Virus record (IMG/VR): IMGVR_UViG_3300020477_000032
Location: 1-54,509 of that record
Source: a virus
Taxonomy: Duplodnaviria > Caudoviricetes
Strand: one strand, 5' to 3'
Length of the DNA: 54,509 bases
Positions 40,442-49,998 of this stretch are shown here, piece after piece (within the stretch, counting starts at the first letter, position 1; every line of letters starts with the position of its first letter). The notes under the pieces are model-generated. The model saw nothing but the letters and a program-made list of their open reading frames with translations, searched no databases and was not told the origin of the DNA. A program made the position numbers and the translations under genes.

Positions 40442-40540
40442 TGGGTATCGGGGTTGTCCTGATACCCACTTTACAAGTGGTTGATTCTTAGAATAACCAC
40501 GAAATTTCAATCTTGCTTACAAGATAAGGAGACTATTATG
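40442..40540 (+). promoter_or_regulatory. structured hsp20 leader, ROSE-like RNA thermometer
   Basis: Hairpins 40442-40468 and 40477-40500, then UCUUGCUUA pairing with SD UAAGGAGA around a bulged G. Confidence 0.6.
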
Positions 40541-40972
40541 ACTAGAATGCTTGCAACTTTAAATCGTAATACTATTGATCCATTTTTCGTAGGGTTTGAC
40601 CGTTTATTCGATCAACTCAATTCTTTTGATCCTTCCAAAAAACCTACAAATTATCCACCGTATAATATCATCGAAACGGGTGAAAACACTTATACAATTG
40701 AGATTGCACTTGCAGGGTTTACCGAAGACCAGATAGAAATTACCCATTTGCCAGAAAAGAGCAGTTTGGTTGTTTCTGGTTCAAATGAAACCGAAGACAA
40801 TAATTATTTGCATCAAGGAATTTCTAGTAGAAAATTCCAGAGAACATGGACTGTTGCGGATACTATTGAAGTTAGGGGTGCTGAGTTTGTCAATGGAATT
40901 TTGCAAATTCAGTTGGAAAATGTCATTCCAGAAGAAAAGAAACCGAAACAGATTAAAATTACATCTAAATAA
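40538..40972 (+). CDS. hsp20: small heat-shock protein (IbpA/Hsp20) (start revised)
   Basis: GFDRLF, YPPYNI, IEIALAGF, YLHQGI, NGIL.I.LE..IPEEKKP. Confidence 0.95.
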   Translation: MTRMLATLNRNTIDPFFVGFDRLFDQLNSFDPSKKPTNYPPYNIIETGENTYTIEIALAGFTEDQIEITHLPEKSSLVVSGSNETEDNNYLHQGISSRKFQRTWTVADTIEVRGAEFVNGILQIQLENVIPEEKKPKQIKITSK

Positions 40973-40994
40973 TTGCAACTTGTTGTAATATATC

Positions 40995-41024
40995 AGGGTA
41001 GGGTAAAACCTACCCTATTTTTTT
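40995..41024 (+). terminator. intrinsic terminator after hsp20
   Basis: AGGGTAGG-gtaaaa-CCTACCCT then AT7. Confidence 0.85.
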
Positions 41025-41027
41025 GTC

Positions 41028-41056
41028 TTGACTTTTTTAAAAAAATGTGGTATAAT
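41028..41056 (+). promoter_or_regulatory. sigma70-type promoter for gp43
   Basis: TTGACT-N17-TATAAT with TGTGG. Confidence 0.88.
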
Positions 41057-41063
41057 AAGGACT

Positions 41064-43544
41064 ATGAAAAAGTTTTATACAAACGTTCTGACATTGGGAA
41101 ATAAGGTCTGTGTTCGTTCCATCGAGAATGGTGAACGCAGAAAATATAGAGATGAATTTAAACCTACTGTTTTTGTTCCATCAAAGAAAAGAGGAAGTAG
41201 ATATAAGACTATTGATGGGGTAGTTGTTGAATCCATACAGCCGGGAACCATTAAAGAAACTAGAGATTATATCAAAGAATATAAAGGAATACCCAATTTT
41301 CAAGTATATGGGTATACTGAGTGGTCGAATCAGTATATTGGTGAAAATTTTGATAATTGTGATTTTGATACTGAACAGATAAAGACATGTATTATTGATA
41401 TTGAAGTTGCGTCTGAAATGGGATTTCCCACTGTATCTGAGGCAAGAGAAGAAATTATTGCAATCACGATGAAAGACAGTACTACGGGAAATCTATATGT
41501 TCTTGGTCGTGAACCCGTTGTTATTGATCGGGATGATGTTTATTATCTATGTTGTCCAACTGAGACAGAATTATTAGAAAAGTTTTTAAATATATGGCAG
41601 ACTATGGAACCAGATGTTATAACTGGTTGGAATAGCAAAATGTATGATATGCCATATTTGGTTAGAAGAATCGAGAAAATCTTGGGTAAGAAAGAGGTGA
41701 AACGTCTTTCTATCTGGGAATTTGTTAAAGAAAAAACTGTTCGTGTGATGAACAGAGAAGAAATTGTTTATATGGTCGGTGGTTTGGCACAACTTGATTA
41801 TCTTGATCTATATCGAAAATTTACATATCAGAATCAAGAAAGTTACAAATTGGATCACATTGCTTTTGTGGAATTAGGAGAGAAAAAGTTATCATATGCT
41901 GAACATGATAGTATGCACACATTCTATAAAGAGGATTATCAGAAGTTTATAGAATACAATATCAAGGACGTTGAGTTAGTCAGTCGTCTTGAAGATAAAA
42001 TGAAACTGATTGATTTGGCAGTTGTAATGGCATATGATGCTGGTATAAATTATGAAGATGTCTTTGGTCAAACACGATATTGGGATGCAATGATTTACAA
42101 TCATTTACGCAGAAAGAATATTGTTGTACCAAGAAAACCAGAAGATGCAGATAAACCAAAATTGGTTGGTGCATATGTTAAAGAAATTCCAGATGGTGGT
42201 ATTTCATCTGATTGGGTTGTATCATTCGATCTGAACAGTCTATATCCACATTTGATTATGCAGTATAATATTTCACCTGAGACATTGTTGGAAGATGTTC
42301 CAAAGTGGGAAGGCAATATTGATGATTTGGTTACAGGTCAGGCAAAATTACCCAATGTCAAGAACGGATCTATGGCAGGGAACGGTTGGTATTTTCGTAA
42401 TGATACGCAAGGATTTTTACCTGAATTGATGCAACAGTTGTATGATGATAGGGTTACATATAAAAAGTTGTATTTGGAAGCAGAAAAGGCAAATGATGAT
42501 GTTAATAAGTCTAAATATAACAATCGACAAATGGCACGAAAAATATCACTAAATAGTGCTTATGGTGCTATTGGTAATGAATATTTTCGGTATTTTGATA
42601 TTCGTAAAGCAGAAGCAATTACGATGTCAGGTCAATTAGCAATTCGTTGGATTGAACGAAAAATGAATGATTATATGAATGGATTGTTACAGACAGAGGA
42701 TGTTGATTATGTGGTTGCAAGTGATACCGATTCTGTGTATATTAACATGGGAGATGTGGTTGAAAAGTTTTTATCTAAAATAGACGATAAAAATAAAATT
42801 GTTGATGCTTTGTCTCAATTTTGTGATGATAAAGTTGAACCATTTATTGATGGTGCATATCAAGAATTGGCAGATTATATGAATTCATATCAGCAACGAA
42901 TGGTGATGAAACGAGAGGTCATTGCTGATCGTGGTTTATGGACTGCTAAAAAACGATATATTTTAAATGTACATGACAGTGAGGGTATACGTTATGATGA
43001 ACCAAAGTTAAAAATTATGGGAATTGAAGCAGTTCGTAGTTCAACCCCATCTGCTTGTAGGGATACGATTCTGGAGACTATGAAATTGATTCTAAATGGT
43101 ACAGAAGATGAATTGATTGATTATGTTTCTAATTTTCGTGATGAATTTATGGAATTGCCAGCAGAAGAAATTTCATTTCCACGTTCTGTTAGGGGGTTGG
43201 ATAAATATTATGATAGTGTTACAAGATATACTAAAGGAACACCAATTCATGTGAAAGGTAGTTTGATACATAATCTTTTATTGAAGGAAAAATCGTTATC
43301 TAGCAAATTTATGACCATCAAAGATGGTGATAAAATAAAATTTACATATTTAAAAGAACCGAATCCGACAAAGGATAAAGTGATTGCATTTGCAAATGCG
43401 TTGCCAAGTGAATTTGATTTGGATTCCCATATTGATAGGGATATGCAATTTGAAAAAGCATATCTCGAACCCATTAAAACTGTTTTGAATGTTGTGGGAT
43501 GGCAACACGAAAAACAAGAAAGTTTAGAATCATTTTTTGTATGA
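41064..43544 (+). CDS. gp43: family B DNA polymerase gp43 (start revised)
   Basis: DIE, TGWN, DLNSLYP, KISLNSAYG, SDTDS, KKRY. Confidence 0.98.
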   Translation: MKKFYTNVLTLGNKVCVRSIENGERRKYRDEFKPTVFVPSKKRGSRYKTIDGVVVESIQPGTIKETRDYIKEYKGIPNFQVYGYTEWSNQYIGENFDNCDFDTEQIKTCIIDIEVASEMGFPTVSEAREEIIAITMKDSTTGNLYVLGREPVVIDRDDVYYLCCPTETELLEKFLNIWQTMEPDVITGWNSKMYDMPYLVRRIEKILGKKEVKRLSIWEFVKEKTVRVMNREEIVYMVGGLAQLDYLDLYRKFTYQNQESYKLDHIAFVELGEKKLSYAEHDSMHTFYKEDYQKFIEYNIKDVELVSRLEDKMKLIDLAVVMAYDAGINYEDVFGQTRYWDAMIYNHLRRKNIVVPRKPEDADKPKLVGAYVKEIPDGGISSDWVVSFDLNSLYPHLIMQYNISPETLLEDVPKWEGNIDDLVTGQAKLPNVKNGSMAGNGWYFRNDTQGFLPELMQQLYDDRVTYKKLYLEAEKANDDVNKSKYNNRQMARKISLNSAYGAIGNEYFRYFDIRKAEAITMSGQLAIRWIERKMNDYMNGLLQTEDVDYVVASDTDSVYINMGDVVEKFLSKIDDKNKIVDALSQFCDDKVEPFIDGAYQELADYMNSYQQRMVMKREVIADRGLWTAKKRYILNVHDSEGIRYDEPKLKIMGIEAVRSSTPSACRDTILETMKLILNGTEDELIDYVSNFRDEFMELPAEEISFPRSVRGLDKYYDSVTRYTKGTPIHVKGSLIHNLLLKEKSLSSKFMTIKDGDKIKFTYLKEPNPTKDKVIAFANALPSEFDLDSHIDRDMQFEKAYLEPIKTVLNVVGWQHEKQESLESFFV

Positions 43545-43553
43545 GGTATAACA

Positions 43554-44018
43554 ATGCGAGTTTATGAATTATCAAAAGAATATGGCAAAGTTTCCACTGA
43601 ATTTCTTGATGAAATACAGGGTTATGGTGTTGATGTCAAAAGTCATTTAGCATCATTAACTGACGATCAAGTTGCAGTTATAAGACAGAAGATTGCAGAT
43701 CAAGAAAAACCAGAAGTTAAAGAATTTTTACCACCACCAGATGTGGTAAAACCTGATGCTATAACAGAAATAAATGAGTCTGCTAATAATTTGCTTGAGG
43801 AAACTGCCGAAAAAACAAAAAGATTGGCAGATGAAACACAAAAAACTGCTGAACGTTTGAAGGAAAGACGTGAAGAACGTATTTCTGAACAACAAGCAGA
43901 ATTGGAGAAAAGAGCAGAAGAAGTGAAGTCCAAATTGCAGGAAGTTAAGGAACAGCAATGGGCAGAAATTGATAAACCAAAGGGTTTCTTTGGTTGGTTG
44001 GCAAGTTTATTTACATAG
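43554..44018 (+). CDS. IF2 N-terminal-domain protein with coiled coil and amphipathic C-tail
   Basis: MRVYELSKE...GVDVKSHLASL.DD matches the IF2_N pattern (RVYELAKEL...GI.VKSH.S.L); ends KPKGFFGWLASLFT. Confidence 0.7.
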   Translation: MRVYELSKEYGKVSTEFLDEIQGYGVDVKSHLASLTDDQVAVIRQKIADQEKPEVKEFLPPPDVVKPDAITEINESANNLLEETAEKTKRLADETQKTAERLKERREERISEQQAELEKRAEEVKSKLQEVKEQQWAEIDKPKGFFGWLASLFT

Positions 44019-44270
44019 ATGTTAGATAATTCAAAGATTATAGTACCAGATGATACCTCATCTGATGGGGCAAATCCAAGCATGTGGGGTCAGTTTCTTG
44101 GTGGTGAAGCAGATATTGGTGTGTTTAGATGCACCTTTTGCTTCAGAACTATCGAAGCAAAATTTCCGAGATATGATAAGATTTTAGATAGAACATACGA
44201 GGTTGATAATTCTATTACGAAAAAATGGAAATCACCTTGTTGCGTACATAGTATAGAGAGGATAAAATAA
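44019..44270 (+). CDS. hypothetical protein, possible Zn-binding (CTFC...SPCC)
   Basis: Fills the gap exactly between neighbours. Confidence 0.6.
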   Translation: MLDNSKIIVPDDTSSDGANPSMWGQFLGGEADIGVFRCTFCFRTIEAKFPRYDKILDRTYEVDNSITKKWKSPCCVHSIERIK

Positions 44271-45344
44271 ATGAGTTTTTTAACTGATCTTGTAAAAGAA
44301 TTAGATGATGAACATACTACTATAGCGGCAGATGCAAAATCATCTGCCGAGTTTAGTGGTACAATAGATACAGGTTCGCATATTTTGAATGCTGTATTGT
44401 CTGGTTCTTTATGGGGTGGTGTACCCAATAATAAAATAACAGTATTTGCTGGTGAATCGGCAACTGGTAAGACATTTTTCGTGTTGGGTGTGATAAATCA
44501 GTTTTTGAAAACATATCCTGATGGGGGTGTGATATATTTTGATACTGAAAGTGCTGTAACCAATGAAATGATGCGAAGTCGAGGTATAGATTCACGACAA
44601 GTTATTAAATCTGAACCAGAGACTATTCAGAAATTTCGTCATACATCATTGCAGATAATTGACAATTATTTAGCACAGGATGAATCAGAACGAAGACCTA
44701 TGATAATGGTACTTGATAGTTTGGGTCAATTATCCAGTACTAAAGAAATTGAAGATACGGCAAAAGGTGAAGAAACGAGAGATATGACTAAAGCACAGAT
44801 TTTAAAGGCAACATTTAGGGTGTTGAATTTGAAATTATCAAAGGCACAAGTTCCTCTGATTGTTTGTAATCATATTTATGATGTGGTTGGTTCATATGTT
44901 CCTATGAAAGAAATGTCAGGTGGTTCTGGTCTGAAATATTCTGCATCTACTATTGCATTTTTGTCGAAAAAGAAAGAAAGGGATGGTACTGATGTTGTTG
45001 GAAATATTATTAAAGTTAAGATGCAGAAAAGTCGTTTGTCCAAAGAAAATAAGGAAGTTTCTTGTTTGCTTAATTATGAAAAGGGTTTAGATAGGTATTA
45101 TGGATTGCTCGATTTAGGTGTAGATGCTGGTATATTCAAGAAGGTATCAAATAGGATAGAACTACCAGATGGTAAGAAACTATATGCCAAGCAGATATAT
45201 GAAAATCCAAAGGAGTATTTTACAGATGGAGTGATGGAAGATTTAGAAAAGTATTGTAATTCAGAGTATATGTACGGTGTATCCGAAAGTTCAGAAGATG
45301 TTGAACCAAGTACATTGGCATTGATTGATAGTGATGTGGAATGA
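44271..45344 (+). CDS. uvsX: RecA-like recombinase UvsX
   Basis: AGESATGKT, FDTE, LDSLG, RDMTKAQ, MSGGSGLKYSAS. Confidence 0.96.
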   Translation: MSFLTDLVKELDDEHTTIAADAKSSAEFSGTIDTGSHILNAVLSGSLWGGVPNNKITVFAGESATGKTFFVLGVINQFLKTYPDGGVIYFDTESAVTNEMMRSRGIDSRQVIKSEPETIQKFRHTSLQIIDNYLAQDESERRPMIMVLDSLGQLSSTKEIEDTAKGEETRDMTKAQILKATFRVLNLKLSKAQVPLIVCNHIYDVVGSYVPMKEMSGGSGLKYSASTIAFLSKKKERDGTDVVGNIIKVKMQKSRLSKENKEVSCLLNYEKGLDRYYGLLDLGVDAGIFKKVSNRIELPDGKKLYAKQIYENPKEYFTDGVMEDLEKYCNSEYMYGVSESSEDVEPSTLALIDSDVE

Positions 45345-45439
45345 TAGGAATTTTGTTGAATGAGTTATGGGCAATCGGACTTGTTTCGATTTGTTATTGG
45401 ATGGTATATTATATTTTTATGGTGAATGAGGATGAATGA
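45341..45439 (+). CDS. 32-aa membrane microprotein
   Basis: MIGILLNELWAIGLVSICYWMVYYIFMVNEDE*, ATGA-coupled to uvsX. Confidence 0.45.
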   Translation: MIGILLNELWAIGLVSICYWMVYYIFMVNEDE

Positions 45440-46403
45440 ATCTATAGCAAAAATTGGTGAATTGGTTGAGTCTACAAACCGTTCTGAGGTTTTGGGTGAT
45501 ATAGGGTCGTTTGGTGGTTTGTTTGCTTTGCGAAAATACGAGAAACCCGTACTAGTATCTAGTACGGATGGGGTTGGTACAAAGTTAAAAGTTGCTACAA
45601 TGCTAAACAGACATGATACAGTTGGTTATGATCTTGTTGCCCATTGTGGAAACGATATTGCAGTTCATGGTGCAGAACCATTATTCTTTTTAGATTATTT
45701 TGGTACAAGCAAACTAAATCAAGATGTGTTTTTGGAAGTTATTCGTGGTATGACTGAGGGATGTCGGGAGATTGGTGCAACACTTATTGGTGGTGAAACT
45801 GCTGAAATGGCAGATTTTTATCACAACGAAGATGAATATGAGTTAGTCGGTACTATTGTGGGTGTGGTAGAACAAGATCAACTAATAACTGGTGAGAATA
45901 TCAGAAGTGGTGATGTGATACTTGGAGTACCGTCTTTGGGATTGCACACAAATGGATACACATTAGCAAGGGAGATTTTCTTTGATAAATGCGGATATTC
46001 ACCTGATGATTATATTGAGAGATTAGGTTGTACTGTTGGAGAAGAACTGTTAAAAAACCATTGTAGTTATGTTAGTATAATTGACTATATTAAGCATTAT
46101 CGACCAATTCATGGATTGGCACATATAACAGGTGGTGGTATTTCTGGCAATTTGGTCAGAATTTTGCCTGATAATTGCTGTGCAGTTATAGATAAAAAAT
46201 TATTACCCACTTTACCCATCTTTCCATTTTTAAAGACTAAGGGTGAATTGAGTGAAACAGAAATGTTTGATACATTCAATATGGGTGTTGGTTTGGTTAT
46301 TGTTGTAAATTCAGATAGTGCTAAGTTTATACTAAATAGATTCAAGCAAGTCAAAAAAATCGGAGAAATAAAGGAGTACCAAATTGGAGTTGTAATAAAA
46401 TGA
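45426..46403 (+). CDS. purM: AIR synthetase PurM (auxiliary metabolic gene), N-terminally short
   Basis: GSFGGLF, STDGVGTK, PLFFLDY, GGETAEM, GLHTNGY, AHITGGG, FNMGVG. Confidence 0.95.
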   Translation: MRMNESIAKIGELVESTNRSEVLGDIGSFGGLFALRKYEKPVLVSSTDGVGTKLKVATMLNRHDTVGYDLVAHCGNDIAVHGAEPLFFLDYFGTSKLNQDVFLEVIRGMTEGCREIGATLIGGETAEMADFYHNEDEYELVGTIVGVVEQDQLITGENIRSGDVILGVPSLGLHTNGYTLAREIFFDKCGYSPDDYIERLGCTVGEELLKNHCSYVSIIDYIKHYRPIHGLAHITGGGISGNLVRILPDNCCAVIDKKLLPTLPIFPFLKTKGELSETEMFDTFNMGVGLVIVVNSDSAKFILNRFKQVKKIGEIKEYQIGVVIK

Positions 46404-46750
46404 GCAACATGAAAAAATGGACAATGGTTGTTAATGAATTTGTCCAGATATGTCAGAGATATAAAATCCCTGCACCAAAATTTGAATATTCTAGTGATGA
46501 AGAATATACAACTTCGGAGTTAGTCAGATTAACACCTGATGCTGAACCAAGACATGTATTTGGTCATTATCTTATAGACTTACACGAAAAGGAACCAGAT
46601 GTTGTTGCTGATTGTATCAAAGATATGATTATCAATAATGAGAGATTTATGTCTGTCAGGGGGTTAGATTATTTTGATAGGGGTGATTTCAAATGGTGGA
46701 CGAAGTGGTTAGACCCAATTAAAGAAGAAAAGGATAGGATTAGTGAATGA
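46400..46750 (+). CDS. hypothetical protein
   Basis: ATGA-coupled, SD GGAG. Confidence 0.65.
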   Translation: MSNMKKWTMVVNEFVQICQRYKIPAPKFEYSSDEEYTTSELVRLTPDAEPRHVFGHYLIDLHEKEPDVVADCIKDMIINNERFMSVRGLDYFDRGDFKWWTKWLDPIKEEKDRISE

Positions 46751-46971
46751 GAGTCGTATTACATATCGGAGAGGGTAGTGCTGAATATTATGTACCAGAA
46801 AAAATGTATGCTAGATTTCAGAAGGAGATAATGGAATATCACGAAGCAAAGAAAAATCGAGAGGGGTGGGTTTGCACCGAATGTGGTGAATCTACCTATG
46901 AAGTTGATTATGATTATCTATCTGCACCTAATTTACATCTAAGTTGTGCTTTAGAACTTGACAAACAATAG
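46747..46971 (+). CDS. small Zn-finger-like protein (CTEC...HLSC)
   Basis: CxxC/HxxC pattern, ATGA-coupled. Confidence 0.6.
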   Translation: MRVVLHIGEGSAEYYVPEKMYARFQKEIMEYHEAKKNREGWVCTECGESTYEVDYDYLSAPNLHLSCALELDKQ

Positions 46972-46987
46972 CATTTTATGGTATAAT
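46958..46987 (+). promoter_or_regulatory. sigma70-type promoter for gp41
   Basis: TTGACA-N18-TATAAT with TGG. Confidence 0.8.
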
Positions 46988-47010
46988 ATATTGTAAAATA
47001 GTGAGGAAAA

Positions 47011-48396
47011 ATGCGAATAGAAAAGACGATTCTAAGGAATTTGCTGTATAATGAAGAATTTACCCGAAAAGTATTACCGTTTATTGATAACAAATATTTC
47101 CACGATTCAACGGAGAAAGTTTTATTTGAGAGAATAACAGAACACATACACAAATACAATGGTTTGCCTAGCAAGGAAGCAATCGAAATTTCGATTAATG
47201 ATATAGATGATATATCAGATACCATATTCCAGCAGACTATTGATTTGATTGGAGAGTTAGAAACTGAGAAGGATACAGCAACTGATGAAGATTGGTTGCT
47301 TGCTGAAACAGAGAAATTTTGTCAAGAAAAGGCAGTTTATAATGCCATTATGAAGTCGATACAGATCATTGACGATAAAAATGGCAAAACAGGTCAGGGT
47401 GAAATACCAAAGATTTTAAGTGATGCATTATCAGTTAGTTTCGATCCCAACATTGGTCATGATTATTTTGAGGATATAGAAGAACGGTTCGATTTTTATC
47501 ATCGTGAGGAAACTAAAATACCGTTTGATATTTCGTTATTAAATTCCATCACAAAGGGTGGTTTGCCTAATAAGTCTTTGAATATTGTAATGGCAGGTAC
47601 TGGTGTTGGAAAAAGTTTATTCATGTGTCATTGTGCAGGGGCAAACTTGAACGATGGCAAGAATGTATTGTATATAACTTTAGAAATGGCAGAGGAAAGA
47701 ATTGCAGAACGAATTGATGCTAATTTGCTTGATATGGATATTGCCGATTTGGTCGGATTATCTAAGGACAATTACAACAGAAAAGTCGAGAACGTCCAAA
47801 GCAAAACAGTTGGTAGATTGATTGTTAAAGAATATCCAACTGCGGTTGCTAGTTCAACACATTTTCGTCATTTGTTGAATGAGTTACACCTAAAAAAGAA
47901 TTTCAAACCAGATGTCATCTATATAGATTATCTAAATATTTGTGCATCTAGTAGGATAAAGATGGGAGCAAATGCGAATTCTTACACGTTGGTTAAATCT
48001 ATTGCAGAAGAATTACGGGGTCTGGCAGTTGAGTATGATGTTCCAGTGGTTTCTGCAACACAAACTACCAGAACTGGTTTCTCTAGTGGTGATCTTGAAC
48101 TCACTGATACTTCAGAAAGTTTTGGATTGCCAGCAACTGCGGATTTTATGGTAGGGATGATTTCGTCCGAAGAATTAGAAGAACAGGGTTTGGTCATTAT
48201 CAAACAATTGAAAAATCGGTATAACGATTTGACCAAAAACAAACGGTTTACGGTTGGTATTGATAGAGATAAGATGCGTCTATTTGATTCAGAAGATCAG
48301 GAATTTATGCATCAGGTCAATGATGATGAAGATGATTATCAAATGAGTCAACCATTTGGCAATCGAAAGCAATTGGATTTTAGTCAAATGGTTTAG
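47011..48396 (+). CDS. gp41: replicative helicase gp41
   Basis: AGTGVGKS, TLEMAEE, IDYLNIC, SESFGLPATAD, KQLKNRY. Confidence 0.97.
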   Translation: MRIEKTILRNLLYNEEFTRKVLPFIDNKYFHDSTEKVLFERITEHIHKYNGLPSKEAIEISINDIDDISDTIFQQTIDLIGELETEKDTATDEDWLLAETEKFCQEKAVYNAIMKSIQIIDDKNGKTGQGEIPKILSDALSVSFDPNIGHDYFEDIEERFDFYHREETKIPFDISLLNSITKGGLPNKSLNIVMAGTGVGKSLFMCHCAGANLNDGKNVLYITLEMAEERIAERIDANLLDMDIADLVGLSKDNYNRKVENVQSKTVGRLIVKEYPTAVASSTHFRHLLNELHLKKNFKPDVIYIDYLNICASSRIKMGANANSYTLVKSIAEELRGLAVEYDVPVVSATQTTRTGFSSGDLELTDTSESFGLPATADFMVGMISSEELEEQGLVIIKQLKNRYNDLTKNKRFTVGIDRDKMRLFDSEDQEFMHQVNDDEDDYQMSQPFGNRKQLDFSQMV

Positions 48397-48399
48397 AAT

Positions 48400-48407
48400 T
48401 ATAAATA
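48400..48407 (+). promoter_or_regulatory. late promoter TATAAATA
   Basis: Exact consensus, intergenic, heads the capsid-targeted cluster. Confidence 0.85.
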
Positions 48408-48441
48408 GATATATGCTACAAAATAAAAGGGCAAGTGTCTT

Positions 48442-49998
48442 ATGCTAAGTTTTAAAAGTTTTTTATTAGAAGCATCTTTAGAAAAAAACCATTTAGTATT
48501 GGGAAATAAGTACAGAAATCGAATTATTAGTGCTATTGAAAACGATGATTTACAACTTGCTAAATCACCCAATACTAAAATTGTGGTCATAAATAAGGAA
48601 GATTTGATTCAGAGAATAAAAGATGCAAAGACCAAAGATCAACTGAGTGCGATATTCAATCGGGATACATATCCATTTGAAACTAAAGAACATGGTAAAT
48701 TAAAACTAAAGGATATTGACAAATCACCATTTAGTGGTTATGGTGGTAGTGGTGGTAAAATATCAGGTGCTGATTGGGAAAAGGTTATATGTGTTGCTTG
48801 GAATCAATATATTATGAAACAAGATGAAGAAAAGGCAAAGAGTGATGCTGGAATTACCGAATGGAAACCACATTTTTCTGATGAAGTTTCCGAAAGTGGA
48901 ATTATCATAACAGATATAATGTTAAAAAATGGTGCAAGCAAATTCAAAAATAAACCTATGTTGCATTATGGTGCTGGAAGTGTTTCGGTTTCGGCAACAT
49001 GGAAAAAACATTACGATGATATGCGTTCGCACATTAAAGGATGGAAAGCATCAGATCAACCAGCATCTGCTAGTCGAACACCCAAAACAGATATGCGTTT
49101 TGAGAATGGTCATAAAATTTCTGCGAAGAAAAGTGGTGGTTCTCAATTAATGAGTGGTGGGGATTTTGAGACAGTAGGAACCATAGCAGTTGCTATGGCA
49201 AAGATACGAGAGCATTCGGATTTTTCCAAAGAATTGGAAACGAAATTGAAACGTCATGAATCGGATATTTTAAAAGAAGTGCGACCTAAAGTTGATAAAA
49301 CTGGTGCAAAAACTGGTAAGGGGTTTATTACCAAAGGGTTTACCGATATTTGGCAGACTATGAGTGGTGCATCAGGGGCTCAAACACAAATGAAAATTGA
49401 TCCTAAAGCAAAACGAGGAGAAAGAGCAAGTCTCAAAAAGGGTGTTAAAGATTCAGATGGGTTTTTGAAATGGATGGTAGAAACGACTAATATGCAAGAT
49501 AGAGTACAACAAAGTTTGGAATCTATTATTAATGAGGGTGATATTGGGTTTTTGTTTCAAAAGGCAATGGTTCACGAAGCAATGACAGGTCAGGTTAAAT
49601 TCGGAGAAGATTCTGATGCTTCTGCTGATTGGATTTTGAAATGGACTGAATCTGGTGAAGGAACTGAGTATCATGCAATTGGAAGTGCTGATAGTGATTA
49701 TGTGGAGTATGTTACCAAAAAAACTGGTTTTAATGTATCTTTTAAAACTTCTGGTGCTGGAAAATCTGCATGGTCTGCATTGAAAATGATTTTTGGAGAA
49801 TCCTTCGAGGAATTGGGTGGACAATATTTATCAGAACAAGATATGTTAGACGAAGGTGTAATTTGGAATTTTATCAAAAAATGGATTAGTCGAGCATGGA
49901 AGAAAATCGTTTCATTAGTTAGGAAATCTCTGAGCAAATTGATGGAGATTTTTGGACTAACTTTACAGGTAGATTTGAGAAAAAATTATACATTCTAA
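48442..49998 (+). CDS. putative internal head protein with nuclease-like motif
   Basis: MLSFKSFLLE N-terminus; TPKTD...KISAKKSGGSQLMSG resembles a PD-(D/E)xK core. Confidence 0.55.
   Translation: MLSFKSFLLEASLEKNHLVLGNKYRNRIISAIENDDLQLAKSPNTKIVVINKEDLIQRIKDAKTKDQLSAIFNRDTYPFETKEHGKLKLKDIDKSPFSGYGGSGGKISGADWEKVICVAWNQYIMKQDEEKAKSDAGITEWKPHFSDEVSESGIIITDIMLKNGASKFKNKPMLHYGAGSVSVSATWKKHYDDMRSHIKGWKASDQPASASRTPKTDMRFENGHKISAKKSGGSQLMSGGDFETVGTIAVAMAKIREHSDFSKELETKLKRHESDILKEVRPKVDKTGAKTGKGFITKGFTDIWQTMSGASGAQTQMKIDPKAKRGERASLKKGVKDSDGFLKWMVETTNMQDRVQQSLESIINEGDIGFLFQKAMVHEAMTGQVKFGEDSDASADWILKWTESGEGTEYHAIGSADSDYVEYVTKKTGFNVSFKTSGAGKSAWSALKMIFGESFEELGGQYLSEQDMLDEGVIWNFIKKWISRAWKKIVSLVRKSLSKLMEIFGLTLQVDLRKNYTF

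Noticed and set aside
15659-48396. Inteins, introns or homing endonucleases in gp17, gp43, gp41, uvsW
   Set aside because: Motifs are contiguous and lengths ordinary; no splicing motifs seen.
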